Below, one piece after another: positions 1 through 12,700 of a DNA stretch of 64,000 nucleotides. A model generated the notes under the pieces. The model made no database searches and was not told the DNA's origin. It saw only the letters and a list, made by a program, of their open reading frames with translations. Source of the stretch: Bispira polyomma (taxonomy: Eukaryota); assembly GCA_965649765.1 (NCBI GenBank), contig OZ287749.1:87544001-87608000 (forward strand). Reading direction: 5' to 3'. Both the position numbers and the translations under genes were made by a program. Each line of letters starts with the position of its first letter. The first letter of the stretch is position 1.

Positions 1-894
1 CTCACAATAGCCTATATTGGATGCTGGTCATCTAATTATATGTGATACTTGTGGCTTCTTAACTTCAAATACAATAACAGGTAAGTTGAGATGTGGCTTC
101 TAAGTTTGAGAAATCCATTGGGCCTGATTAAGAAGGTTCAAAATTATCACCCATTGAATTTGAAGTTAGCCATTAATTGTAATTATCAATTACTGTTGTA
201 TATAAATAAAGACTGCTTGCCTGCTATTAATTCATTTAAGATTTGTATATGTACAAAATGGCGGATTTAGCTGAACATAGATTCAGGCAAGATTTATACA
301 CTAAATTTCGGCAAACTAAAAAAAATTTTATTCCATAAGATGAATATTATTAAATGATTGAAGAGATAAAAAATGCTGAACAAAATAAGAGCAGACGTAC
401 ATACTATTACCAACCACTTATGCATATACATGTTTTCTGTAATAATGTAATTAATTAATTGGTGCCATTTACTACATAAAATATACCACATGACATGTAA
501 TATATGAGAAAATGTCATTTATATGAGCAAATCTATTTCAAAAGTCATTTTCAGGTGTAAATTTATATCTTGAGGGCTACTTGTAACATATTGGTGTAAT
601 AAATTGGATGCTATGTATAACATACACTTAGGATAGTGTCGTAACCTGAACTGGGGGGTAGCGTAGAGCATAGGTATAAGGCTCAAGTATTGATTACATC
701 ATATAAGGACATAGGACAATAGACAACATAGTATATATGTACATGTATATGTAATGTGTCTAAATAAATTGACCTAAATAAAGATGGGCTCTTTAATAAC
801 TTTTAAAATCACCACTACCACATAATTATACATCATATGGATGAAAAAGACTTTATGTGGCTAGTTAATCATCACTTGATGAATAATAAGACAA

Positions 895-1047
895 TTCAGT
901 AAATACGTGAACTTACTGGACCCAAAACCAGTAAGTATGCGTATTTACTGAAATTTTTAGGGATTACACGTATTTACTGACCAAATAAGTAAATACTCGT
1001 ATTTACTAAAAATTTCAGTAAATACGCGTATTTACTGATTTCACATA
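895..1047. repeat. Cluster of ~22-bp palindromes (CAGTAAATACGCGTATTTACTG-like), probable DNA-transposon terminus
   Basis: About five variant copies of the self-complementary unit between 897 and 1037; the perfect copy is at 1016-1037. The block ends in ATTTACTGTAAC followed by (AT)n. Confidence 0.55.
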
Positions 1048-1811
1048 TTTACTGTAACATATATATAATTTAAGAGTACAACTCTCTACAAATTCAGAGA
1101 TTACCCTGTGGACACGTCGTAACCATGCGTAACCAAGGTTCTTCCACTATTCCCTTTCTCCAGGAAAGCATGATTGTGCCAATGCTTATTGAAAAACTAG
1201 AAAGTCTAGAAAAAACATAGGGCAAGAGAGGTAATGCCTGGGCAGCTTTTGCAGTGTTACAACAGTCGATTATAATAACTGAACCATAACTATTACCACC
1301 TAGGGGAGGTGGGAATTTTGATGATGTTCAAAACTTCCACATTGCCCAGGCGTTTTTGATATGCATGGCTTTCTAATGCTTTCCTTTTAAAAGGTGGTAT
1401 AGATTCAAATACTAGAGGTACTTGGCAATTTTCATAACTTGTCTAACCATCATATAATCATAGTATGAACAGTACTTTGCCATCACTTTCCATATGCAAA
1501 CAAATCGTATGTTGAATTTTAGATATTGCAATAAGGTACACTAGGAGGACAATGTTCTAAAATAATGCATTTCACTCCCAATAGTTGGACCAAGACTGAA
1601 GTCGGTCTTCATGCAATTATTACCAGAGATGCAATGTATTTTGCTTCAACTCAAAAATGAAAGGTGACTTAAGAAGTGCAAAGAAAGCTTGCAAAAAGAT
1701 CATGCAAGTTGAGAACCATTTTGTCTTCTCGAGTGTATATTCTGTCATTTTTTTTTATTAACTTTCACAATTATTTGTTATTCTCTGTTTTGAGTTCTTT
1801 ATCTTACCTAA

Positions 1812-3114
1812 TCCATGCATCATTACACGTGCTATGGAAAATCTAGAGACAGTCTGAAGAACTTGCCACTGAATGTCAAAGAATTGGACTGGGACAGACC
1901 TTTAACATTTTGTGGTATTCTTAGTTTTGCAATAGTGTTGTACAGAATACATAACTCCTGATTTTTGTCCATTAGTACAGTTACAATATAATCACTGACT
2001 TTAAGCATTCAAATGTTACAGTTGGAAAAGGTGTTGAAATACTGTCTTTAAGCATTCAAGAGTACAATGTACACTTGAATGTTGCATATACTGGTGATAA
2101 TTTTAGCTTTAAATATGATTTTACCACATTTTGCAGCATCAAAGTATTTCACCAAATCATTCACTGAAATAGTTGAGCTGAAATGTTTGTCCATGCAGAC
2201 TTTATCTCGCCTTCTTATAGTGGCTGATTTACACAATGTACCAAAGTTGTGAGTATTATGTTTAACTTAAGGCAGATGAAAAGTATAATACTAATCCCTC
2301 ACCCACTCACTTTTTACAATTTCAAATAAGAAGACCTGGCTTTGATTTATATGATAAATATGCTGTTAAAGTATACAATGAACTGCTGATGGGACAAGTT
2401 CTGTAAAATCAATTTTTTATACAGACTATATTTTTGATATCAAAGTGTTGCCCTAATGATAATTTAAGTATTTCTGTGGTAAAATGTTCTATATTGTAAC
2501 CATTTGAAAGAATAAATCAGTTTAAACAGAAGCAAAAAATCCTTTTAAATATTTGTTAAAAATATCTAGTAATATCTGCATTTAAATTGGACACTATACT
2601 TTGTTCACTCACTGTTTTAAAGTAATAAAAATATACACACTCACTTCAACAAAACTGTTGACCTTTAGTTTGGTGAAGAGTCTGGTGCTTTAAATGCATG
2701 TTCTTAACCATATTTTAGTGAAGTACCAGAGGGCTATTATATTTCTTCACTGACAGAGCATGATGCAGAATATGTCAACATTTAATGGCATTATTCTAAT
2801 GAAAAAACACTCAAGTATGTTCAGTGGTTGATCAAAACTTACAGCAATGTTGCCATTCGTACCCATGACCACAAACTGGTTTCTCACGTCCTCCAGAGGG
2901 AATGCGGAGTTCCAAGCATGCTTATGTAGACCCCAATCATCGAAGAAAAGGACTGGCAAATCTTGCGTTGACAGAAATTACAAGAAATATATGTAATAAA
3001 GGTGACTTTCTATTTGTCTGTCCAGATAATGAATTTTCTTTCCAAGTTGCAGAAAAATGTGGATTTAAAAAGAAAATAGATATCACAGGGATCATGTTGA
3101 AAAGGCTGATTTAG
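1812..3114 (+). pseudogene. GLYAT-like acyltransferase pseudogene (paralog A1); exons 3-5 at 1812-1914, 2137-2248, 2719-3114
   Basis: Exons and introns are collinear with the intact gene at 6709-13260, with the same 103- and 112-nt exons. Lesions: exon-3 acceptor AG>AA (1810-1811), TCA>TAA nonsense (2783-2785), and a 1-nt deletion near 2925 just before VDPNHRRKGLA. Exons 1-2 were not found in the window. Confidence 0.88.
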
Positions 3115-4079
3115 ACTGATGAATAATAAGTGTTTTTTAAAATTGGCATATTTAGCAAATGGCTCACAGCAGTTTACTTAGACCAGTTAGTTAGGTTTGT
3201 GTTATTTATCACCTTAGATAACAACTAGATAGATATGACATAGATTGTGTCAAGAAGCCTGATTTAAACTGATGAATGATCAATTGTGGAAAAAATTAGA
3301 TGGAAAAGTGTAGCTACTGCCAATGTAAAAACTTATACTTTATTAAACTGCAAATAATACCCCACATATAAATTGTAAACTCATCTTAGTTTATTATTTA
3401 TAAACATTGGTTTGTGCTTGATCCAATTGGTTGTGCTTAAGAATCCTGGTATCAGTTATATTATATTGCAAAGGAATGATGGAATAAACAAATGCAGGCA
3501 TTTAACAGTTAAACATTTACTTTTCATATTTATATCTACGTGAACTGTGAACCAGATTTATTTTTTAAAGCAATTTGCGTTATTTTTGATGACATAAAAT
3601 TGGCCTATATATCCAAGCTGGTGACAATGTACAACAATAAATTTGCATCGAATGAACTTGCACTTAATTTATGTTATACATTTAATTCCCAATAAAGATA
3701 ACCATGATGTAAAAACCTGTATTTCATTTGTACTAATGTAGGTGGTTTATAATACAACTCACAACTCAGGGCGGAGGTAAACAGACTTAGTTACATGGAA
3801 CTCGTAATGACCTGACTAGGTGCATGTATGACAATCTGTTTAGATCTGTCCCAGTAAAAATGACTTCGTTTTATATGATTATGTGCATATTTGTTCAAAC
3901 AGATCACTACTTTAATGAAAAATAATTGACGATGAAGATGTCCCCTATTTGTATAAAGTTAGAACATTATGTTATCACCATATGGGGGGTTTTAAAATTG
4001 ATACTGGAACATGTTGGTTGGTGATGTTATTGAACGTCACTGCAGACCTTAAGTCCACATGGCATTTCAGGCGCTAAAA

Positions 4080-5110
4080 AGTAGAAGTTTACTGTAAGAT
4101 TATTTGTATACCAACCTGAAGCCAATCAGATGGCAGATTAAGACCAATTAAATACTTCGATTCCTGGGCGTTTTCCCGCCTTTCCTATTATGTGAGCATT
4201 ATAAAATTGAAAGCAACGAGACAACAAGTAAAAATTTGAAGAAAAGGAAGCCATATTGGATTTTATGAAATCTTTTACAAATACAAGTGATTTTAGTGTG
4301 TTTTACATAAGGTTTTTAATTTTTCTGTTATAGAATAAGATTTTATGATTTATATTTTACATTATACGTACTCTTAACTGTGAGTTATGGGTCGTGGAAA
4401 GAAAAGAAACACGACAGATACGGCTTTGTGCTCAAGGTGTGCTATTGTACACGAACGTCCCGTCGGAATCAGATGTAAGCTGAATACTGGAGAAAACATC
4501 TTACACAGTACTGTGAGTATGGTTGATGAAGATACTTCCCCCGTAGTAGACTCTCTCGAGAGAGAGGGCAGATACACAAAGCGACAGAGATTTCTATCGA
4601 GAAGGCTATGAAAGGCAGCAATCCATGATGGAAATGCTTGTAAAAACAGTTTCAAAATTGCAAGAGGACGTCTCTAGCCTTAAAAACGACACATCTAATG
4701 TACACAAACAACCAGTCGCAGTCGAACCGAACCCCAGGAGTGAACTTCCGACAGCTCCAGACGTCTATCACCAACACCCTATACCAGTACCGAGACCTGG
4801 AGCGAACGCTACAACTACAGCACCTCGTCGTAATAACCCATTATTACCTACACCTAACACGTCAGAAGGACTAGGTCAGGGATGCGTTCGCGACACGTAC
4901 GTCGCTCCTACACAGTCAATTCAAGGTAATCATCAATGCTCGTGTAATGCAAACATACCAGTACAACAACCAATAGGAGACACCTTTCCACAATGTGCTC
5001 TACAAGACAGCATCATCCCCAGCACAGAAGTTTTAAAACAATCGTCGATTATACAAAACGAAGTCAGCCAAAGGTTATCACAGTATGGAGCTTGGGCGAA
5101 CGGCGAAAGG
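4080..5110 (+). mobile_element. DIRS/Ngaro-type retroelement 5' fragment with disrupted gag-like ORF
   Basis: ORFs 4387-4611 and 4625-5185 give an N-terminal CSRCAIVHERPVGIRC (CxxCxxxHxxPxGxxC), a coiled coil, a Pro-rich linker and IIPSTEVLKQSSIIQNEVSQRL, resembling invertebrate DIRS-order gag. No pol follows. Family call from motif recall only. Confidence 0.5.
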
Positions 5111-5795
5111 GGTTCAATAACCTACACTCTTTCTATGCTTATGGCTAAGTTTTTTTGCGTATGTGTGTTCTCATGTGTGACTTGAGAAAATATGGACAAA
5201 AATTAGATATACATTACTGTTATCACTATTGTTTTAAAATGATTTGGATAGACCAAAATACATTGGTGACATAATCATTCTGTGCAAGTATTAATAATAA
5301 TACTTCAGACATATCTACATTCACACATTGACTCCCTAGATACGCCACTAATGTGACCAAGGCATTAAAATATTCCACAGAACAAGTTCAATATCCTCTA
5401 AATTTAAATTTCCCATTGACACATATTGCAGTTTATATATATTGTGCTGAGAGTAGGAGTAAGGATAATAAGAATTTAATGAAAACACACAATAGGATGA
5501 AGGTTAATAAACCACTTAGTGTTATTGAACCCTGCAAAATGTCCCTTTAAAACATATTTTGAACACATATCTACTCCATATAATGGATACACACTACCAG
5601 TATCATATTGCCATACTATTGGCCTCAGTTCACACATTAAAATAGTACCAAAGAATTCTATAGATATATATGCATATATATAGTTCACAAATGTATCTTC
5701 AACGGGTTGTTTCTCAAGGCCGCTCGTTGTGCAGATAATTTAAGGGTAAATTTTAAATAAGACAAGTATCCATAATTTCAAATTATTCATGTACT

Positions 5796-6423
5796 AGGGC
5801 CCATATTCACGAAAAGGGCTTAGCCTGGACTTGGGCTTAAAGTTAAGACTTTTGTCATAACTTTAGCAAAAAGATGGATAAGTCTTTGGTCCAAGACTTA
5901 GCAGTATTCACAAAGCAGCTAAGCCTAACTTTTAGCTTAAAACAGGTAGTTAGTGAGCTTAACTTTACAATAAAAAGTCTTAGGGTTTCTACATAACTTT
6001 TACAAATAAAGTTATGTACTTTTGCAGTGTATTATAAACTATAAACATTTAACTTTGATAGTATGACATCTAATATCAAACAAACCCAATTGTCACGAAT
6101 CAAACAAAAAGTAATATAATTCGTGACATTTTGAATCATATATTATTTGAAGGTGCTTAACCAGTCTGAAGTCTTAGTTTAATAAAAACAAATTGTGTTA
6201 ATTGATATTCATTTTGTTCTACTCTTGGATGTCCATACAGACCTAAATAACTATATAGTATATTAGTGTGTGTAAAAATGTAAATAATATTGTGTATTAT
6301 TGTAAATGAAGCAATATAAGACTTTTGTCTTAACATAGTCTCAGGTAAGCCTCCTTTCGTGAATACCATTTGAACCCAAAACTTAGCTGAGACAAAAGTT
6401 TTAGATTTAAGCCTGAAATTAGC
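5796..6423. mobile_element. MITE (PIF/Harbinger-like), cut by the assembly gap
   Basis: Starts TA-GGGCCCATATTCACGAAAAGG. The internal TATTCACAAAG and inverted CCTTTCGTGAATA (6353-6365) suggest fold-back ends. The right terminus would fall inside the N gap. Confidence 0.5.
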
Positions 6424-6600
6424 NNNNNNNNNNNNNNNNNNNNNNNNNNNNNNNNNNNNNNNNNNNNNNNNNNNNNNNNNNNNNNNNNNNNNNNNNNNNN
6501 NNNNNNNNNNNNNNNNNNNNNNNNNNNNNNNNNNNNNNNNNNNNNNNNNNNNNNNNNNNNNNNNNNNNNNNNNNNNNNNNNNNNNNNNNNNNNNNNNNNN
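6424..6600. other. Assembly gap (177 N)
   Basis: Run of n in the sequence. Confidence 1.
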
Positions 6601-6708
6601 GGTATTATATCTTCAGCAAGGCCTGGTTTCTCAAGGCCTCATATTTTCCAGGATAGTTTTAAAGTTTGTGCTTTGCTGATAGTGACACTTTGACAAAATA
6701 AAGGCATC

Positions 6709-9700
6709 ATGAGGCAGTTATGTTTTCAGGAGTTATTGTCATTTCGTAGTCAACTGCAGACTATTGGATCATCCAACAAGCTAGATAACATTAACCGGGT
6801 AAGTTTACATTCACTTGTGACAATTTTAACAAAATACAAAATTTAAACTTGTGGTCTAATTAGTGACTATTGTGAAAATATACAAACTTGTAGCCCAATT
6901 ACCAAAGTATTGTAACAACATACAAACTTGTAGCTTAATTAGCAAAGTATTGTAACAGCACAAAACTTGTAGCTTAATTAGCAAAGTATTGTGACAACAA
7001 ACAAACCTGTGGGCTAGTGGTTATGGAGTTGGTCTGGAGATTCGAAGGTCCTTGGTTTGAATCCCAGTAATGGGGACAAGATCCTTGGGCATGATGTGAA
7101 CATCCAATTGCCTACTGATGAATATCAATGCTCAGATATATGACGGTCCTCTTTTCTAAACCATCAATGATATTGCACTTTAGAAATTTCATATTACCTT
7201 GACCAAACTTAAATAAAAAGACAACATTCCAGTAAAAAGTAAAACTAGACAAGCCTTCTTGATTTCAGATTAATAGCGAACTGAAATCAATCATAAAAGG
7301 ACAGATCAACCATAAAGTTTTTGTGGATAAATACCCAGACTTTACAGCTGCAGTCGTGATAGCTTCAAAAGACAATTGGGAAAAGGTAATGTCCATCTTT
7401 ATGTATACTTACTGTTAAGTGTTTAGATTACTGATTATATAAACAGAGACCATTACACTAAACCAACTCAAATGCATACTTAGGTCTTATGAATGCTTTG
7501 TTTTAGTGGAACTATTCTATATTGTGTCACAGATATGTTGAAAAAACATAATAATATATTAATATTATGCAAGACACAGGACAATTCTGACATGACATTT
7601 GCAGACAGAAACAGCTGGTTACTAAAAGTAAAGTATTATAGTATAGATACGTAAAGATGCAGAAATGTTTGGTGAAATAGGTAGCACAATTATTAATCCA
7701 GGTTGAGAATGTAGCAGAAGACTTGATACTTTATAGATACAAATACTGGAGGTACCTGGAGATTTTTATAACTTCTCTGATCATCTCTGTATAACGTCAT
7801 ACTGTGAACAGCACTTTGCCATGTATTTCCATATGTAAACAAACCTTATGGTGAATTTTAGATATGGGAATAAGGTATGACTAGCGGGGAACTGTTATAA
7901 AATAATGTATTTCACTCTGAATAGTTGCACCAAGACCGTGGCAGTCTCTATGCAATTATTGCCAGAGATGCAATGTATTTTGCTTTAACTCAAAAATGAA
8001 AGGTGACTCAAGGAGTGCAAAGAAAGCTTACATAAGATCATGCAAGTTGAAAGGCTTTTTCTCTGCTCGAGTGTGTATTGTGTCAATTTTTTATTATTAT
8101 ATGGTTTATTCGTGTTAATTGTATATATGTTGTTCATAAATACAATAAAACATTTACAGTAATTAGAAACCCCCCCCTCCCCCCCCCCCCCAAAAAAAAA
8201 AAGAAAAAAGAAGAGAACAAAAATAAATTAAAAAAAGGCTAAATAGTAACTAGAATATAAGTGTCAATTTATACAAAGATAGTCTATTATATTTGGCATA
8301 TATATAGCATGATAATTCTTAGAATTATTGAGAGCCTTTCATTTATCTTTGGGTATAGGTATAATTACAGATTACAATAGAGCACCAGGTACAACATTAT
8401 GAGTGAGCATTTTAGTCACAACAATTGACAGAAGAACATTTAACCTGTGGCTGCCATGTATAAAGTGGTCACTGTAGGACTTCTGATAACCGTCATGTTT
8501 GCTATGCTTAAGATGTTTGATTGCATTCTTTATGTCCTCTACTGTTGTAACGTGACAGCTGTAGCATTCCTTACTAATGCAGTGTGAACTGAGTTGTTTA
8601 TCTATAAGATTAGTTACCCTGTGCATGTCATCAGTCTTTGAGGGCCCACTACTGAAAATATCTGAATATTTTCCTTTAAACACATTTGCAACCAAAATAG
8701 CAGACTTTTTGGAATACAGTCTATTTATGCGTGACCATAGATTTTGAACATTGTTCTGTAGTAATGAGTCTGCAGCTCTTGTCATATCAACTGACTCATG
8801 ATTTTTCTTCACTTGCTTCACCACTCTATGATAGGTAGATGGACTAAGCGTCAGATATTGGCTATAGTACCATGCTGTGGGGATCCAGCATTTTTCCATA
8901 TATTGTGCCAGAAGATAGCCTTTTCTCGGTTTTCTTTAACATATTTATTTCATCCTGAAATTTGTTTTTTTTATCAGGACTTACTGTATGGGATACTGGA
9001 ATGGTTGAATTACTTGCACAGATGCACACATTTACAATGTAATCGTAAAATTTTTCAATGTAAACTCTAAGTAGAGCACTACTGCACTTGATGTAATCAA
9101 ATCTATTTTGGTAATTAATAATGTCATTTGGTGTTGCCTGTTCCCATAGCAGCTTATGATGCTTCACTAGCTGCATACTCAGCCTTGGGAAGGCCTACAT
9201 CCACATCGATAAAGGAGAGTGATCAGAAGTATTGTGACCTTCATAATGAGCAGAATAATATTTTTCATCACCTTGTAGATATTCAGAAATAAGAAAATGA
9301 TCTATCCATGATTTTTAATATGTCATTTTGCTTTCATATGTGTAATCTGGTACTGCTGAGTTTGTTGGACATCAAAGACTCTCCCTTTGGATGAATTCAT
9401 TCAGTGATTTTGTATTGGCTGATCCATTGCATGAAAAGTCAGTATTTAAGTCACCCCCAATTATAACTGCATGATGTTTATAAGTGTCACAGTAACTAGC
9501 AATTACAGCGAGAATGGAGTCAAAAATATCACTATTTGTACTGTTAGTACCATCACAAGTCATATGTACATTAAAAAGTAAAACTTGTAGCTTGTCCATT
9601 TGTACATTTATGCCACAAACTCTGTCATTGCCAAAATCAAGTGGAGTAACGCTGTATGTCAGATTTTTTTCCCCATAATATAGCTGTTTCACCAAATGGT

Positions 9701-12700
9701 CGTCCTCTTAATATTTCTTTTTAATTCATAATAATAATATATCAGACTTTTTTAGCGCTTATTTTCGTTGTAACGAATTCTAAGGCGCAAAATACCACAG
9801 CCAGAGTTGAAAAACATAGGTGATAGACAGAAGGAAGTCGTCATCAATGCGTCCACCGAGAATGGGAAAAAGACTATGGAGGGAATGCATCATTGAACAG
9901 ATAGGTCTTTAAACTGCGCCGGAAGGAATACAGGGACGGAGCTGTCCTAATGTGTTGAGGCAAACTATTCCATAGGGTAGGGGCATCATTTGCAAAACTT
10001 TTATCAGAGGTAACCTTTGACCTATGTACTTTGGACTTATATTTTGGAACAAGAAGGAATCTATTTTTGGGAGCGGCTCTCCTGGTGTTGACATTGCACT
10101 TGTAGCAACTCAAGTGTGGTTCAAAGTATTTAGGCAAACCTGAATCGAGAAACTTATATACTATTTTAGCAGTTTTAAAAACACACTGATACCTAAAGTG
10201 TTATGTACTTTACAGTTCTTGAGTTTACTTTTGTACACATCTAAATGTTCATGATACAACCAATGTTCTTGGATCAGCAAAATATCTCAACTATCAAATA
10301 TCTCTTGTATATATAGTAATCTGTCACATCCAGAGCCATTACTGTTGTAGGTACCCAGCCTTAACACCTCATCATTAGTTGAGTTCGGATCCATGAATGT
10401 TGTTGGGATTTTTTCTACGTGATGACAGTGGACACCAGTGGGTTAGACGTCTTCAGTGCGCAGATTTTCAAAATGTTCGTTAGGCAAAGTAAGCTTAAAA
10501 AATTTTGACAGTGAATCTTCCTTCATATGACATACACTTAAGGTCCATCACAATAATCCCCTTGTCTATAACATATTGTCTAAGGTCAGTTGGAGCTGTT
10601 TCTTTATCCACTCGAAATATGAACAGCTCTTTGGGGAGCCGGGGGCTCCTTTGAAAGCTCCGTTAGATTGACCTTTTCCAATAACAGTTCTGGCATTTCT
10701 TCTCCTATTTTTTTTAACTCCACACTTGGTTTTTTAAAGCCTTGTGAGTCAAGTTATTGAACATTCCTTTGATCCAAGAACATAGAATTCTGTGATCTCA
10801 GTAGGAAAGTTTTGCTGGCCTTTGAACTATTAGAGTGGTTACCTTTTACATTTATACTGTCTAGTGGTTTCTGTTTTTGGTTCATTGATGTTAGTGGCTT
10901 CTGTTCCTTTGAGGATAGACTATCTGTCAGATGTATATCCGATGCAGATAACACAGAGGCATAGCTGGTTTTTTGGTTTATTATATCTCTTAACACCATG
11001 TTTTCACCTAGACATTTGTCTACAGTATTTTGCATTTGACTTAATTTACTTTCAAGCGTTATTAACCTTTCAACAACAGAGCTAAAAAATATTTCTTCAG
11101 GAATGAATCTAGGTAGTCTATGTAGCTCAGCTGTTGTTACAACAATGTTTGGAACTTTTTCAAGCTATGTCAATGCAAAAAGAATGTCATGTAGATTGGC
11201 TTCTTTTTCAAATTTGACACTAGAGTCTTTTCTTTTAAGTTTTTCTCTAATAATAGAATTGTCACATTTCTCCCACAACAAGTTCTTTGCACTGTTGATC
11301 TCTTGAGAACTGAAATATCCCAGGATTGAAGATTATCTTGTTGAATTAACTTTTACAATTATTTGTTAATCTCTGTTTTGATTACTTTATCTTACCTAGT
11401 CCATGCATCATTACACGTGCTATGGAAAATCTGATGATGTGATGCTGCTGGACGCGAGTCAGGTCTTTTACCGTGTTAACTATGGAGTTTTATTTCAGAT
11501 ACTTATCAAAAAGTATTATGTGCAGTTGTGCAGTTTCCAACCAACTGATGTGTGTAAGATGGTTTGATCACCAATGCCCACAGTTTAGTGTCATAAACGG
11601 GGTGAGACGAGGAGGCATCCTCTCTCCAACACTATTTTCTCTATATGTTGATGATCTGTTTAATCTCTACATTAAACGTAGAATAGGATGTCATATTGGT
11701 CATACATTCACTGGTGCATTCGGATATGCTGATGACATTATTTTGCTGGGTCCAACAAAGCAAGCCCTAAATTGTATGTTAAACATAGCAAATAGTTTTG
11801 CCATAGATCATGACATGACATTCAATGCTAGTAAATGTAAATATATGTTTTCTCAACTTTAAAGGAAAAGAATATTCAGAGTATCTTGTTTAATACTTTT
11901 TACAATTATTTGTTAATCTCTGTTTTGATTTCTTTATCTTACCTAGTCTATGCATCATTACACGTGCTATGGAAAATCTAGAGACAGTCTGAAGAACTTG
12001 CTACTGAATGTGAAACAATTGGACTGGGACAGACCTTTAACATTTTGTGGTATTCTCAGTTTTGCAATGATGTTATACAGAATACATACTATGTTATAAC
12101 ATGATTTCCTAATTTTGGTCGATTAGTAGTTACATTATAATCCGTTAAGGTTAAGCATTTAAGAGTTCAAGTTAGAATAATTGTTCAATATATCATGTAC
12201 AATTGAATATTGCATAAACTGATGTTACTTTTAACTTTCAATTTGATTTTTCCACATTTTTCAGCATCAAAGTATTTCACCAAAGCATTTACTGAAATAA
12301 CTGAACTGAAAGGTTTGATGGTGCAGACTTTATCTCGCCCTCTTATGGTGGCTGATTTTCACAACATACCAAAGTTGTGAGTATTATGTTTAACTTAAGG
12401 CAGATGAAAAATATACTACTAATCCCTTCACTCAGTCTACTATTACAAAATTGAAGACCTGGTTTTGATAATGCATGATCAATATCCTGTTAAAGTATCT
12501 AATGAACTTTATACTGTAAAATCTATTTTTATAACAACTTTATTTGTGATATTAAAGGGTTGCCCTTATGCTAAATTATATCTATATCTGTGGTAAAATG
12601 TTGTAGATTGGGATATAGGCATTATTCTTTTAAATGAATAAATTAGTTTTGAAAGAAACAAAATAAATTCCTCTGAATGCTCTGTATCTATTACAAATAT

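Noticed and set aside
11-80. Possible 70-nt exon (AATAG|..CAG|GTAAGT) reading PILDAGHLIICDTCGFLTSNTIT
   Set aside because: Good donor, but no similarity to GLYAT exons and no partner exons are visible; it cannot be assigned.
6816-7010. CRISPR-like interpretation of the 40-bp repeats
   Set aside because: Units are contiguous with no unique spacers, there are no cas genes, and the context is a eukaryotic intron.
8090-11882. Twin-priming 5' inversion as the origin of the divergent LINE pieces
   Set aside because: The minus-strand piece has its own 3' tail, and host sequence separates the two pieces.
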